Shown here: positions 47,661 to 61,053 of the stretch, piece by piece
Position numbering within the stretch: the stretch's first letter is position 1
Layout of the letters: the number at the start of each line of letters is the position of its first letter
Assembly (NCBI GenBank): GCA_032718475.1
Contig: JAUCBJ010006791.1
Span: forward strand, 11,939 to 75,938
Origin: Nemertoderma westbladi
Taxonomy: Eukaryota > Animalia > Xenacoelomorpha
Length of the DNA: 64,000 nt
Direction: 5' to 3'
Position numbers and translations under genes: made by a program
Notes under the pieces: model-generated
Told to the model about the DNA's origin: nothing
The model's database searches: none
Seen by the model: the letters and a program-made list of their open reading frames with translations, nothing else

Positions 47661-48248
47661 CCAAGATTATAGATGGTGAATGCTGCTGCGAATCCTTGAT
47701 CAGGATACAATTTAACAAGAGTGTTTCTTAATAATGGAATATTTCCTTAGATACTTTGTTCCAATTCGTTTAAAAATATATAAGTAAAATTTGAATAATT
47801 GCCATTATTCAAACTAAATATTATTCTCATAATCTATATAATATATTTCAATATAACATTTAACAGCTAAAATATACACATCTAACAGCTAATATATAAC
47901 TCAAGTTATACAATTATTATTTGATACTTATTTAAAATTATTTAATATTTATTCATATATTATATTATTTATATTTATATTTATTTATATTTATATGTAT
48001 TTATATTTATGTTTATATGTTGATTTAAAATTACTTCGAATTTATTCATATTTGTATATTATATATATGTATATATATTTATATTATATTTATCTTGATG
48101 TTTATTATGTTAATTTAAATCATTTTATATTATATGTATTATATTTCTTTAACATATTTATTTTTAACTATTTACTATATATATTTGATATATTATTTAT
48201 TTATAATTTTTCAAGTCATTGATGTTTTCACTCTTGAATTTTACATTT

Positions 48249-51200
48249 TCAAGATTTACATCTGAATATTTCGATTAATTGTTTACGAAATAACTTTGAG
48301 CTCAAAATGTAAAGATAAAAATTGATGCCCTCATTTGCTCCAAATGCACACTCTGCCCCAACACGCATCAATCGCTGGCTAGCAAAATGATCTGGATCCT
48401 CCATATCCAAATATAATGAAAAATATAATAATGTACCAGTAAGAGTGCAAAATATACAGAAAATAACTGATACAAGTGGCAGAAGTACTGTTGTCTTATC
48501 TTCACTCTTTTCAGATTTATTTCCCTTTAAAGCTTTCAAATATTTTGCACGCTGCTGAAGCTTATATATAATGATACCATTGAGAATAAAGATAGTGACA
48601 CATGGTGTGATAAGGAACGTTGTAACTGTGAGTGAATAGAAATATACGTCAAAACTTGACAATGGAAACCATTGTTCAATGCCACAAGCATCGCCAACTT
48701 TAGTGAATATGATTGCATTTCCAATACAAGCACAATACACAAGAAATATGATGAGCACACTGACCCTCTTAGCTCTCTTTATGGTACAAAATTCCTGAGC
48801 CTTCAGTGGAAACGTACAATAAATGAATCTAGAAATAATAAAATAAAATTTATAGTATAGATAAGATGCATAACTAAAACTATAACAGGATAAAATCACC
48901 TATTTATATAATCCTATTCAATCACCTAATGTTGTTATAATATAACAAATATGTGCTGTTTCATTTTTATAATAATATAATGTATATATATAATATATAA
49001 TATAATATAATAGTTGTATAATATATAATATTATGTATTATATTGTAACTTATTAACAATAATAGTAAAACGTTGAAGTATTTTGGTGTATTTAACGGCT
49101 ACTTTCTCCAAATGTATCAAAGAAAAGCTCAAAAATGATTTATATATCTTTATAATATTTAATTCAATAATTAATAGGCTATCTTAATGAAGAGCAACAT
49201 ATGGATATTATTACAACAAAATAAAAATCCGATTTACGAAATTCAGAGCAATTCTGAAGTTCTACTACTATGATCGGCATGCTGCATTGCAGCTGCATTT
49301 TTAAGAATGCTGTGCCGGCTTATCGACAAAATTGCACCGCCACAACTCCCTATCACCCATGACATTTGCTAGATCATCCGCATCTTCAAGTCCAGTGTCC
49401 TTTAAGAAGCTTCTCAAGAAAGTCATGGGCTGTCCACCATGCTTATTCACTCCATGAGGCTGCCAAAGTACAAGATTATGCACTGGCTGGTCCTCACGGC
49501 GAAAGCAATGTCCTGCAAAGCGGAGGTGATTTTGTTCTAGTGTCAAGCTTGGGGGAACCAATGAGACACCTCCAATGTTATATAGTGTCTGGTTGGAGAT
49601 GTGTGCATTGTACTTGACACAATGAACCCGGCGTAGCATTCATGTGAAAGTGCCATCCAGAGATTTGGTGTCCTCAGCAGTTAGAGCCCAGCATGGACTC
49701 CCATAGAGGAGTACTGGAACTACTGCTGCTCTAAATAATCGGACCTTAAGTTTCCGATTAATTCTCGATAACTTCCAAATCCTGGAAAGCCTATTCAAGG
49801 CTGCCCATGCCTTTCCCTTACGTATTCGAAGGTCCTCATCTGACTTCCGGATCCATGATCCCAGGTAACAGAAGTCATCCACATGCTCAAGCATACCATC
49901 TTTTGAGCTTATGCTCATCCGATCAGATACTTGCTGAGGACTTTCAAAGTTAACTGTCAAAATGTTGGTCTTTCTGGAGTTAATAAAAAGACCAACACTA
50001 GAAGCAGCATGTTCTAATGAGCTGAGGTGCCGTTGGGCTGCCTCTAGTGATTCTGAGAGTACTCCTAAGTCATCAGCAAAGTCTAGATCAGTTAGGCACT
50101 TGGCAGGATTTCCTCGACTTCTGGAGCCAGTAGTATCACCACATCATCATTATGATGATCTAAAGACATGCGTAGAACATAGTCAACAACAATTATGAAC
50201 AAGAATGGTGCAAGTGTGTCTCCCTGGAGGACGCCCCATAACATTTCAAATGGTTCTGTGTCACCGTCAACAGTAGACACAAATGTTGTCGAACCATCGT
50301 ATACTGATCTGATTGCTGCAATAATTTCATCAGGAATCCCATATAATGAAAGTATGCTGAACATACGTGAGCGAGAGACTGAATCAAAGGCCTTGAAGAA
50401 GTCAACAAAGATAACAGCCAGATGCCTGTCTTTCTTTTTTGATAACTCTTCAATTATCCTTCTAAGTGCCAAAATGGGCTCCATGGTCCCACGACCTTTA
50501 CGGAACCCATTCTGATTTCCACGGAGCAGTCTCTCAATGGGATCCCTGATGCGATTTAATAGAATTCTATTGTATAGCTTTGCAGCAATCGACATCAATG
50601 AGATTCCCCGAAAAGAACCATAGAGTGTTAGGTTGCCCTTCTTGGGAACTGGCACCAACTGATTTGTTTTCATTTCTTGTGGGACTCTTGTTGTTCGGTA
50701 CATGTCTACTATGATGGGATAGATGAGCTTTAAACACTCAGGTATTTTAAAGACCTCAGGGGGAACACCATCTACTCCACTGGCACGATTGGTCTTAATG
50801 CTCTTTGCAGCAGCCTTCACTTCTGCAAAGTAGATATCACCAATGGGAATATCTGGGAGTACAGACTCAAGACACTTTTACTTCTATAAAGTTATCAGGA
50901 AATACCCTGTCATTATTGAGGAGCTTTTCAAAGTGGGCCTTCCAACCATTGAGGTGATCGGCTGGTGATTCAGCCTTAACCTTGGTGGTTGGTTGGCTTT
51001 TTCGACCAGCAAGCAAGTTGATCGATCGTCACAACTTGCTGTAAAGCTGGTAATTTCCTTAATGAATAAAGGTAAGTCTGATGATGTATCCTCTCTCACC
51101 AACGAACAACTCCTGGAACTAGACCCTGATCCAATATGTCTAGAAAATAGAAAATTCATCCATAAACGAAGTTCCCTCGTCTTTGGGAACTCTATTGTAC

Positions 51201-52459
51201 CCCTCAGCAGCTAACTAGTAATACTTGGCTATAGACTTCACCCTACAGTCACATTCCTGTAAAATGATTCTCTTCAAAAAAATTAAGATGCTCTCACAAA
51301 TGTTTCAAAAAGGGATAAAAACTGATTAGCCCATAATTTTGTACAGCTTACAATTGAACATAGGATGAAAATATCGCGAGTAAAATTTTGTGAGTTTGAA
51401 AAATATCGCGAGTAAAAATATTGTGAGTAATAATAATATATTGTGAGTAAAACTCGTTATAATATTTAGAATAAAACACATGTTAGTGCCATAATTCTTA
51501 AATAAACAGTTATGATATTGTAATAAATGAGGGGCAAAGAGAGGGGAACCCATGTTTGCTTCTGGTGTAGCGCATTTCACCTTCACTGATAACTATATTC
51601 ATTACTTAACTCCTTTATATTGTATTGTATTTATTTATTGAATTACCTACCTGTCAATAGTTACAGCAACTAAAATCCATGAAGATGCCATAGATGACCC
51701 CCAGTTGTGGACCATGCTAATTTTGCAGGTCAATATAGAAAAAGCTTCAGTTACAATTCCCAACAAAGGCAATGGCATTGATATAACTGCATCCCATATA
51801 AGACTAACAGTATCAGTAACTGCCAGAATCTAACAAAAATAAATAAATTTATTAAGATATTTGCTATTGACCATGCCTGTTCACCTCCAATGGTGTTCTT
51901 CCACAGTCCACCGTAAACCCTATAATATAATTAATTCCCTTAATTCGATTAGAAAGTAATATAGTACTTGCATCATCAATACGATTATAATTAAAAAAAT
52001 AATGAAAGGCACAATTTTAGGCCATATTTACTTTCATAATTTTTCAACACGATTATAAACAGACACAATTGCGAAATTATAATTATTGAGAAATCGAGGA
52101 GATAATTGGTTACCTTGGCTGTATTGTATACGTATATACAGAGCAAACTAGATGTTATCTCGCTCATCTGACAAATCACAGCCAATGTTATCAATTACAA
52201 TGTTATCTAGATTGATGGTATCAAATTCTAAATAAAACATTTAATATTGTTAAAAGTTATTTGATCTTACCTGTAGATACATAGTTGTGCTCGTTTGGGG
52301 TTTGAATCTTCTCATTACCATGAAAGTAAGTACATTGCTGATCGTTCCAACAACAGCCAGAGAAAGAAGACCAATTGTCGCAATTTGAGTTGCCAACTTA
52401 TATTGCCAGTTCTGCTCAACTCTTTCATAGAATGTCAATAGTGAAGTATTAGTCTCCAT
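48249..52459 (-). CDS. Rhodopsin-class 7TM GPCR, peptide-receptor-like, 315 aa; coding exons 52459-52271, 51829-51651, 48828-48249
   Basis: GT-AG junctions in phase (189+179+580=948 nt); ACCATGG start; TM1 GTISN, TM2 LAVTD, TM3 CK..SSWILVAVTIDRF..FPL, TM5 P..I.ILN, TM7 INFYLY..SSKLFR. Confidence 0.92.
49262..51290 (-). mobile_element. RTE-clade LINE, 5'-truncated and mutated, in GPCR intron 2
   Basis: WKAHFEKLLN linker, ASGVDG, FRGISL, QNGFR, FVDFFKAFDSV, GVLQGDTLAPFLF, FADD, YLGS, RFAGH; (TAG)n tail at 49262-49271. Confidence 0.92.
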
Positions 52460-53967
52460 GGTTTCCTTTTTCTGAAAACAATAAATTGTTTATACTTTGT
52501 ATATGTTACAATCAAAATGAGGAAACATTAATTTACCATTGTATTTATTTAAAAAATGACTTGTTATTTCGAAAAAAAATCAAGATGGGAGTTATTTCGA
52601 AAAACATGAAGAAGAGATTAGTTCTAAAGTTGAAAGTAATTTGGCCAATTAAATGTAATTCCATAAATGTTTCTTGTTTGTGTGATAATTAAAGTTGTGA
52701 TATCTGCAATATGTGGCCAGGCGATAATCCATCTACAGCAGAAAATTCACATAATGAGAACTCAAATTACTACAACAGAGATAGAGAGTTAAGAGGTGGA
52801 TATACTAAACGAAGCCACTCCAGCAATCATGATTGCAAAAAGGACAGAGTTATCCATGATGACAATAGAGAAAAAGAGTCAAAAGGAATAGATGGCAGAA
52901 ATCAGAATTCCAATAGATACAAAGAAACAAGATATGGCAGTAGTCAGGAATCCAATAGAGACAGGGAGTCAAGATACACAAATGGCAGTAATCGAGCTTA
53001 CAATGGAAACAGAGAGCCAAGAGATACATATAGAATCAGCAATAACGATTAAAAAGGAGACTGGGTTGAATGAGACAGACATACTAAGCAAGACCACCAC
53101 AGCTATCAGACATATGGTAGTGGTACGGGCAGCCACTCGAGCCAGTACGGCAATAGATATAGAGTCAAGAGACAGATATATAAAAAACGGTACCAATGCA
53201 GCAACCGGAAATACATCAGAGACAGAGAGTCAAGAGCAAGGTATACCAAACAAGACTACCGAAGCAATAGAGTTAGTGAGTCAATATATGACTACAATAA
53301 AAAAGACTATTTCAGCAATCAATATGTAGATAGACATTGTTTTACCAAGGATAAGAACAGTAACGACGGTCAAAACTATTCCGGTCTCACAACTGTAAGG
53401 AAACCAACTAAACCTGTAATCAATAATCACAACGGTTATATCATTGACACATATTACATTACTCCTACACTATAGGGTGGTCTTAATATCCAATAGATAC
53501 GCTCTTGTCCCCAATGTACTTTCCCGCCGACTATTGGCTTAACCTGATTAATTCTCACCTCGCCACTCCCTGTTGGCGTTGTCCCTTCGTGCTAGCCTTA
53601 CTAGCTTGTTTGTCCCTCTAAGGTGGTTTGACCTCTCACCTTTCTCTGTGGCTTACGGCGTGTGTCGCCCCAGTTGGTTATAAGGTGAGATTATTATTGG
53701 TAATCTCACATCGCCAACTATATTGGTAAAATGCCACTAATCCCATTTTCGGTGGGTAATGCACGGAATTGAATCAGCTTACAATGGTACAACATGTATC
53801 TGAGTCTGTGCTCTCAGATATCCCAATTGGTGACATCTCCTTTGCTGAAACTGAAATCAAGATTGCAGCTAGGAGCATGTTGTGTTATGCAATAGCAACT
53901 GCAATATTAATATGAATTTATTATGTTTTATCGCTATTAAATTATGTAAACTACTGATGATTATGAC

Positions 53968-54276
53968 AAAAGTAAAAGTAAAGTAAATTTTCTTCGGCCA
54001 CTAGGCCAGGGATTACGCACAAAGTGCGTATTTCCAGTGTTTATAGTGCTTATTTCCAGTGCTTATTTCCAGTGCGGTCCCCCCAGAACTTTACTCCCCA
54101 AAGGAAACTCCAGTACTCATTTAGCTACCACTTAAGGATGCAAGGCAGAGATGCGCCCTGGCTGGTCCCTTTAAAGCATTCGTGCCGAAACGAAAACTGC
54201 CCTGGCCCATGTGAGGATCGAACCCACGACCTACGGGAGATGTGAATTCAATGCGACCACTGCTCCAAGGTGGAAC
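53968..54276 (-). mobile_element. tRNA-derived SINE, copy 1 (Deu/Nin-like central domain)
   Basis: A box TGGAGCAGTGG, B box GGTTCGATCC, GCCTTGCATCCTT..TAAATGAGTAC core, (TTTAC)n tail; homologous copy at 57441-57710. Confidence 0.8.
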
Positions 54277-55019
54277 CCAAGGACCGGTTATTGCCAAGTT
54301 GTTTCCTTATTATGTAATTTGTAAATTTATCGGGTTGTGCATTTCTCGATATATAAGTAAAGGACCGGTCCTATTCCGGATTCTCTATGCGAATGACAAT
54401 AAAAAAAAAGTATAATAATGGATTTACCATAGGGAAACAAACATCAGCATATATAGCCAGCAGCATATAATACAGCAAATGAGATTGCCTCTAAGTATTG
54501 CAGAAATCTTACTATTCCTTTTCGTCGTGCTATATTATATTGTGATAGAATCAATATTTTTAATTTTGAGTTTTTAAAACACTTCACTGGTGGTGTGGTT
54601 GTATAAGATGCTGTTGGATTTCACTACTTTATCACGGAGTTTCGTAGGTACTGATATAAAAAAAACCTCCATATGTAATGTAATTACTACGATTTAAAAA
54701 GGTAGGTGGTAACGGACAATTTTTAGCACCAATGCAACAAGCAGATGTATATGGTATTACTTGTATTGCATTCAGGTTAGCAACTTATTACCGGTATGTA
54801 AGAAATATATAATTGTTGTTAACATTACTAGTAGCCGGGATACATTATATTCAAGTGCAAATAATATTGAAAATGTTACAGGAAGGCTCCCAATTGTAGC
54901 GACAGATATAAATTTAGACATAAATGGCACTATGTGATTTACAAATTTTAACTCTGAACTGTAGGGGTCTCCAATGTGCCAAAAAACGTGAATCAATTTT
55001 TAGTAGGATTAAAAAACAT

Positions 55020-55440
55020 GGGCAAAAACGCCGAGAACACCATAATTCTCTTATAAGAAACCCATGGTGGGCCTTTTCAAAAGAATAAATGGATGAAAGA
55101 ATGGAATGGTCCTGCGTATTTTAGTGAGAGTAGTACAAATAGCGCTGGGGTAGCCATCTTATTCAACTTTGCATTTGCGAATGTAAAAAAATATTTAATT
55201 TATCCTAACGGAAAACAACCAAAGATTGCAACTCCTATTATGATGAAGGAATACGAAAAAGGCTGTTTAAAATTCACCGATGTGGAATGTTTTATGAATG
55301 CACTAAAAATAACATGGGTAAATACAATTTATCGGTGATAAATCAAACATTAACACGATATTATTTTTTTATTCTTTTATAACTGTGGTTAATGTATATA
55401 TATAAATGTATTGTATAAATATATATGGAGGAAAAAAAAT
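55020..55440 (+). mobile_element. L1/Tx1-like LINE remnant with a large internal deletion
   Basis: ETH..KEWNGPAYFS..NSAGVAILF (endonuclease N-terminus) joined to GKQPKI..YEKGCL..ALKITW (post-RT region); A-rich end. Confidence 0.6.
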
Positions 55441-56939
55441 TCCAAAGCTTTACTACCGTAGTTGCAATGTTTGTGGTGATTGACATATTTGCTAGACTTT
55501 TTAAATTTCTTCTATTTGTAATCAAAATGACTCTGTGATGATTTAGTTTAATTTCTTTTCACTGGATAAATAGGTATAAATTATATAGAAGTCATTATGG
55601 TTATAAAAAAAAGGTATTGTAATTTATCATCGGTTTTTGTTTATAACTCGTTAGATTCCAATGTTGGAATTATTATATTGAAAGAACATCGTGGGTAATG
55701 CGGGGGAAGGGTATAAAAGATATAGAGAAAGGCAGACTCCCGCAAAACTTTTGTTTGCGGGAGTCTTCCAAATGTAGGAACTTAATTTCACGAATAATTA
55801 TTATTCATTACAAAATTATAACAGTAAATTGACTTACAATGAACTCCACCAGGTGTGTGCGATAAAATGTCGATTTAAATACAATAGTATTCCGTTTGAT
55901 TTGTTTAAAATGAACTGTGAAGAAAATTGATCTTATCTTATCAGATGATGGTTTTCGAAATATATATATTTTATTAAATTACATCAATAAATTTTATGAT
56001 TTTTTGGGCTGAAACAAATCCTACAATCTTTACTTCCTTGTATTTATTACAGTAATAATATAAAGGCGTGAACCTGCGTGCGTCCATAGGAAAGTGTTTT
56101 ATTCCAATACCCAAAGTGATAAAATGTTGAAGATTTTCCAATTCATAAGTAAAGAATCCCAAGTTTATAAATTAACAATAATGCTATTGAATTATCAACA
56201 ATAGTTTATAACGTTATATACACTGGGTGGGGTTGATATAATGGTGTTGAATATTCTCACTTATACAACCGCACCTACTTATAATTCCTTGGAGCGCATT
56301 ATTAATTATGGTTATTAAGCCTATAAATCGAAGCTATTTATATATTGGGCGGGTCTTTTTGTATGCATGCACTTACTTGTGCATGCATGCTTGATTGGTG
56401 GTTTATTTTTATGATAGTTATAATTAAACCGTATTTGGGAAATTCCACCATTACACCACCCAATACCACACTTCATCGAATTTAAAAAGTCATCTAATCA
56501 GCATAATTTTGGTATCAAAATGACGTAAAGAATGGGATTTTTAATAAAAGTGGCGGATTTTTAATATTTTTGAAGGTTTTTTGTTATTCAATTTGAGGAA
56601 AATTTTTTGACGTTTTTTTAAATTTGTAGAAATTAATCCATGTCATTTTGAACATTGTCAGAAACAAATTGTCGGAATAAGACAGGTAATTACACCAACC
56701 GAAAATTCAACAATTATCAGAAGCTATTGATGATAACAATCTGCATATTGACAGCGTAGCAGTATGTTTACAATAATTTTAAAAATTTTGGATTTGGATT
56801 CCCGTAATGAAAAGTACTTAAAGTTATAATTTGGAGTACACCCCACCCTGCATGCTTGCAATTATTTTCCTTTGGGTTTACAACCAATCAAATGTTGTAC
56901 GACCTATTATGGCGCACAGTGACAGCCTGTGGGGTTCGT

Positions 56940-57215
56940 CTTCGAGCCACTGGGTTTGTGTAGAGGTGATGGGAAGCCCGTCGATGGCGCGTCACCCTCT
57001 TCCCATGGAGCCGCGGACGGATATTGAGTTGGGATGCAACCGTCATCGATCCCCTTGCCCCACATCAGCTCGCCCAGGCAGTGACGGACTGCCGTGTAGT
57101 TGAGGAGGCGGAGAACTTAAAGATCAGGAAGCAAGAGGAACTGATTGACCGAGTCTATCTCTTCTACCCGGTGGTCTTTGAGACCTTATCTACTTATCAA
57201 CACCGTCTTGTCTGA
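56940..57215 (+). mobile_element. Restriction-like endonuclease remnant of a CRE-like retrotransposon
   Basis: TLFPWSRGRILSWDATVIDPLA..AENLKIRK..YLFYPVVFETL. Confidence 0.65.
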
Positions 57216-57440
57216 CAAGTGTCCATCGACAGTACATTCGAACGTAATCACCTAGATCATCCCACTGTACGACATTCCACATTACAACCATTTAGTTCCA
57301 TCTGTTAATAACTCCCCTTTCTGGTGCTGAAAGGGCCAAACGGCATATTTCTGACCTAGACGGTATAGTATGATACCCGAGAAGTCGCCAAGATTTTCAT
57401 GAAACGAGTGAGCGAATGATGGATTGTGATACAAAAACTA

Positions 57441-57710
57441 AAGAATTCTTCGGCCTTTAGGCCAGTGATTAAGCTTAAATTCTCAATAATTATTTTCAGT
57501 GCGGCCCACCCAGAACTTATACTCCCCAAAGGAGACTTATACTCATTTAGAAACAATTTATGGAAGGCAGAGATGCGCCCTGACTAATCCCTTTAAAGGA
57601 CACATACTGAAACGAAATCTACCCTAGCCCCCATGATGGGATCGAACCCACGACCTAAAGAGAGATGTAAATTCATTGCAAGGGATTTAACCACTATGCC
57701 ACGGTGGAAT
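57441..57710 (-). mobile_element. tRNA-derived SINE, copy 2
   Basis: A box TGGCATAGTGG, B box GGTTCGATCCC; colinear with 53968-54276. Confidence 0.8.
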
Positions 57711-58283
57711 ATCTTATATTACAGTCATAGTTGTAATCGATTTTTCGCGCCTCCATAGGCAAACATACAAAAAACACTCCGTCATGATTCTGATTTAATA
57801 ATGCAATAATCACTACACAACTATTCCCTTTTCCCCCTTTCCCTCTGTAATATTTCACCCCCGTCCATATCCAATATTACAGCCTATTTCCATCCAAGGC
57901 ATCTTTAATCGCCTTCACCCACATTTGGAACCAATATTGCAGGCTATTCCCCTACAAACTACTGCCATCCAATAAAGGAGGTCCCTATACAACCTCCCTC
58001 CTTTCTCTCATTGGCCCCTCACCCCTCAGTGCGCCAACATTCATCCACCTTATTAATCTCACCCGGTTATTAACAAAGGAATAATTGATAACCAGAAAAT
58101 TATATTGCCATTTAACAGTAATCGGTTATTGGTCAGTTTAACAACCATATATTAATTATATTTTACATGGGTTGAATGTAAATAAATCACTGCACAAAAA
58201 AGACAAACTATATTTAGGTGATAATTAAGGGTCAACTTCATATTGACCCCACACCGGGTGTAAAAGGGCCACATTCGGATATT

Positions 58284-58872
58284 GATTGGATTTCTTTCTT
58301 CCCAGGCCAGCCTTAGTGGGTTGATGGTAGTTGGGAATGTAAGTCGTTACCACCAAGGACTGAGTTTTGGCTGACTAGCCTTAAAGTGAGCTCTGTTCCA
58401 AGGCATTGGACTTCTTTCTTCCCAGGCTGGCCTTAGTGGGTTTGTGGTAGTTGGGAACGTAAGACGTTACCGCCAAGGACTGAGTTTTGGCTGACTAGAG
58501 ACTTAAAGTGAGCTCTGCTCCAAGGTATTGGACTTCTTTCTTCCCAGGCCGGCCTTGTGGGTTCGTTGTAGTTTGGAAGGTAAGATGTTACGTTACCGCC
58601 AAGGACTGAGTTTTGGCTGACTAGCCTTAAAGTGAGTGAGCTCTGCTCCAAGGTATTGGACTTCTTTCTTCCCAGGCCAACCTTAACAGATTCGCGGTAG
58701 TTGGGAAGCTAAAGTCGTTACTGCCAAGGACTGAGTTTTGACTGACTAGCCTTAAAGTGAGCTCTGCTCCAAGGTATTGGACTTCTTTCTTACCAGGCCG
58801 GCCTTAACGGATTCGCGGTAGTTGGGAAGGTAAGTCGTTACTGCCGAGGACTGAGCTCTGGCTAAGTAGCCC
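58284..58872. repeat. ~122-bp tandem repeat, about 5 copies
   Basis: TTGGACTTCTTTCTTCCCAGGC...CCAAGGACTGAGTTTTGGCTGACTAGCCTTAAAGTGAGCTCTG recurs at ~58286, 58406, 58527, 58656 and 58777. Confidence 0.92.
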
Positions 58873-59974
58873 CAGAGCGCTCGCGCACTCTTACTTCTAA
58901 GTTCTGGCTACTTAGTTCGTCTCAGGACCGACTATTTAGTTTTGGGGGCAAAGTTGCGGTGTCCCTGTAGGCTTTTCAACTCTGTCCAGTTACGGTGGTG
59001 CTTGAGCACTCTGTCCACTGGCTATATGGTTCATCCCAGGCTAGCCAGGATCAATGGTATAGTTTTGAGGGCAAAGTAACAGCTAACCATTTGCGTCCAA
59101 TCGGTCCCACCCCTGTTTGGACTCAGATGGTAACTATCGCCAAGTTCCAATAGCGTGAAGCTGCACCAAGTTTATTACGACTTTTTTCATAACCTGCGAT
59201 TTTCTACGATTTCTCTTAACCTTTGATTGTATTTTCACAGAGTATTTTTAGCAAAACAAAACGACTAACTGTATTTTTCTGTATATTTTGGACTACATTT
59301 TGATTATTTTGAGGCTATACTTTGGATCCTAACGGACCCAAAGCACCCCTAACCCGGATTCTCTTTTTCCTCATCCCAGAGGTTTTTCTATGGTGTTACA
59401 GTACACTATTTTTATATGCCAGAAGGGAGCAATATACCATCTTGGAAAAAACGGAAATTACACATTTTTTGCACCTTTGAAGGATTGTGGATGTTCGTAA
59501 ATAACAAATCATTGAAGGACCGTGTACTAGTGGGAAATATTTTTATGACGTAACCAAAACAATAAGGTGAAAGAAAGCACTTTTTGAACCTTTAGAGATA
59601 CAAAGCCGTTTTAGGAGCTTATCATGCCAAGAGGCACGAGAAATCTATTACAATAGTAGTGATCGTAAATCATAAATAAATGTGAATACTGTTCAAAATT
59701 TATTTTCTGATATAAAAAACTTTATATGAACGTGGTATTTATGTTGTTAAAGAACTAGAAATTGGTCATTTTAACAAATTGGCCACATAAACTGCTGGTG
59801 ACGTGCTTGATTAATCCATCCGCCAACATAGATAAGTGTTAATCATTATTGAAAAGTTTTTCATTAAATATGCTAATTAATTTCGAAAATTGCATTGAAG
59901 CTGCACATTGTGATACTATGCCAGCTTAACAAAAACATTTTGTCACCACCATATGCAACCTACAATTGGCAAGC

Positions 59975-60315
59975 GCAATGCAGCATGCATTAAGAATGCT
60001 ATGCCGGCTTATCAACAAATTTGCACTGCCACAACTCCCTACCCCCATGACTTTCGCGAGATTATCCGCATCCTTAATGCCAGCGTCCTTTGAGAGGCGT
60101 CTCACAAAAGTCATGGGTTGTCCACCATGCTTATTTTCCCCATGGGGAGCTGCCAAAGCACAAGATTGTGCACAGGGTGGTCGTCACGGCGAAAACAATG
60201 TCCTGCAAAGCGGAGGCGGCTTTGTTCTAGTGTCAAGCTTGGTGGAACCAACGAGACACCCCCAATGTTATATAGTGTCTGCTTGGAGATGTGTCCATTA
60301 TTAATACTTGACACA
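59975..60315 (-). mobile_element. RTE LINE 3' fragment (more diverged copy of the same family)
   Basis: HISKQTLYNIGGVSLVPPSLTLEQSRLRFAGHCFRR. Confidence 0.88.
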
Positions 60316-60795
60316 GTGATTTATAAAACAAATTTATAGTGAAAGTAGTAAATAAAGGTCAAGCAAATAATATATTAACGATTTTAATCACTAAAAGTTA
60401 CTTTACACATTAGTATTCATCATAATCGGGTTACTGAGGTATATTAATTAAGTCATTAAATCATTATAGTTCATTCAACATCTCGCACCAGAAGACCTTC
60501 ATCCCATATAATAGTAATTCCCCTCGATTGTTAACTTCCCGGTATTAATTAGTCATTAAATAAATTCAGTAACATATTTTTTATTATAGTTTTAATATCA
60601 TAGTAGTCTGTCTTCGTCCCAATAGAATCTCTCGCCTTTTCGTCCTAGACAGCTCGACATACCACCAACCTCCGGTCTGCTCATCAGCCTACTATGTGTC
60701 GTTAGAATCACCGTGATCTCCGCCGACATGGCTTGGAATAGGACACGCAAATGGACACCCTCAACTACTAAAGTGATATAAGGGTTAATAAACAA

Positions 60796-61053
60796 ATGTT
60801 CATGTGGAATATTTGGGGAAGAAAACGGCGAGTAATTATTGGAATTCTTATAGGCCTATTATTGGTCGCAGGGATATCTGGAGTAATAACTTGGGTAATT
60901 TGGAAGGAACTTCAACCCGATATTGTAAACGCTATTCCTATAAACTCAACTATTACTAGTTTTTCTACAATATCAACATCTACCACCGAACAGCCCATCA
61001 CCACCGCAACCGTACAATACCACCAATGTTCCTATAGATGTAACAGAAGTTGA
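60796..61053 (+). CDS. Possible small single-pass membrane protein or truncated gene
   Basis: Basic RKRR, ~23-aa hydrophobic stretch, then a Thr/Ser-rich stalk; AAACAAATG start context; short and without other support. Confidence 0.3.
   Translation: MFMWNIWGRKRRVIIGILIGLLLVAGISGVITWVIWKELQPDIVNAIPINSTITSFSTISTSTTEQPITTATVQYHQCSYRCNRS

Noticed and set aside
47940-48222. 75-aa Tyr/Ile/Phe ORF
   Set aside because: AT-rich low-complexity sequence downstream of the GPCR.
56219-56852. Tc1/mariner-type MITE
   Set aside because: Only a short degenerate GGGTGGGG/CCCCACCC inverted match and no clean TA duplication.
54200-57710. tRNA genes at the two A/B-box sites
   Set aside because: No complete cloverleaf, and both continue into a shared SINE body and tail.
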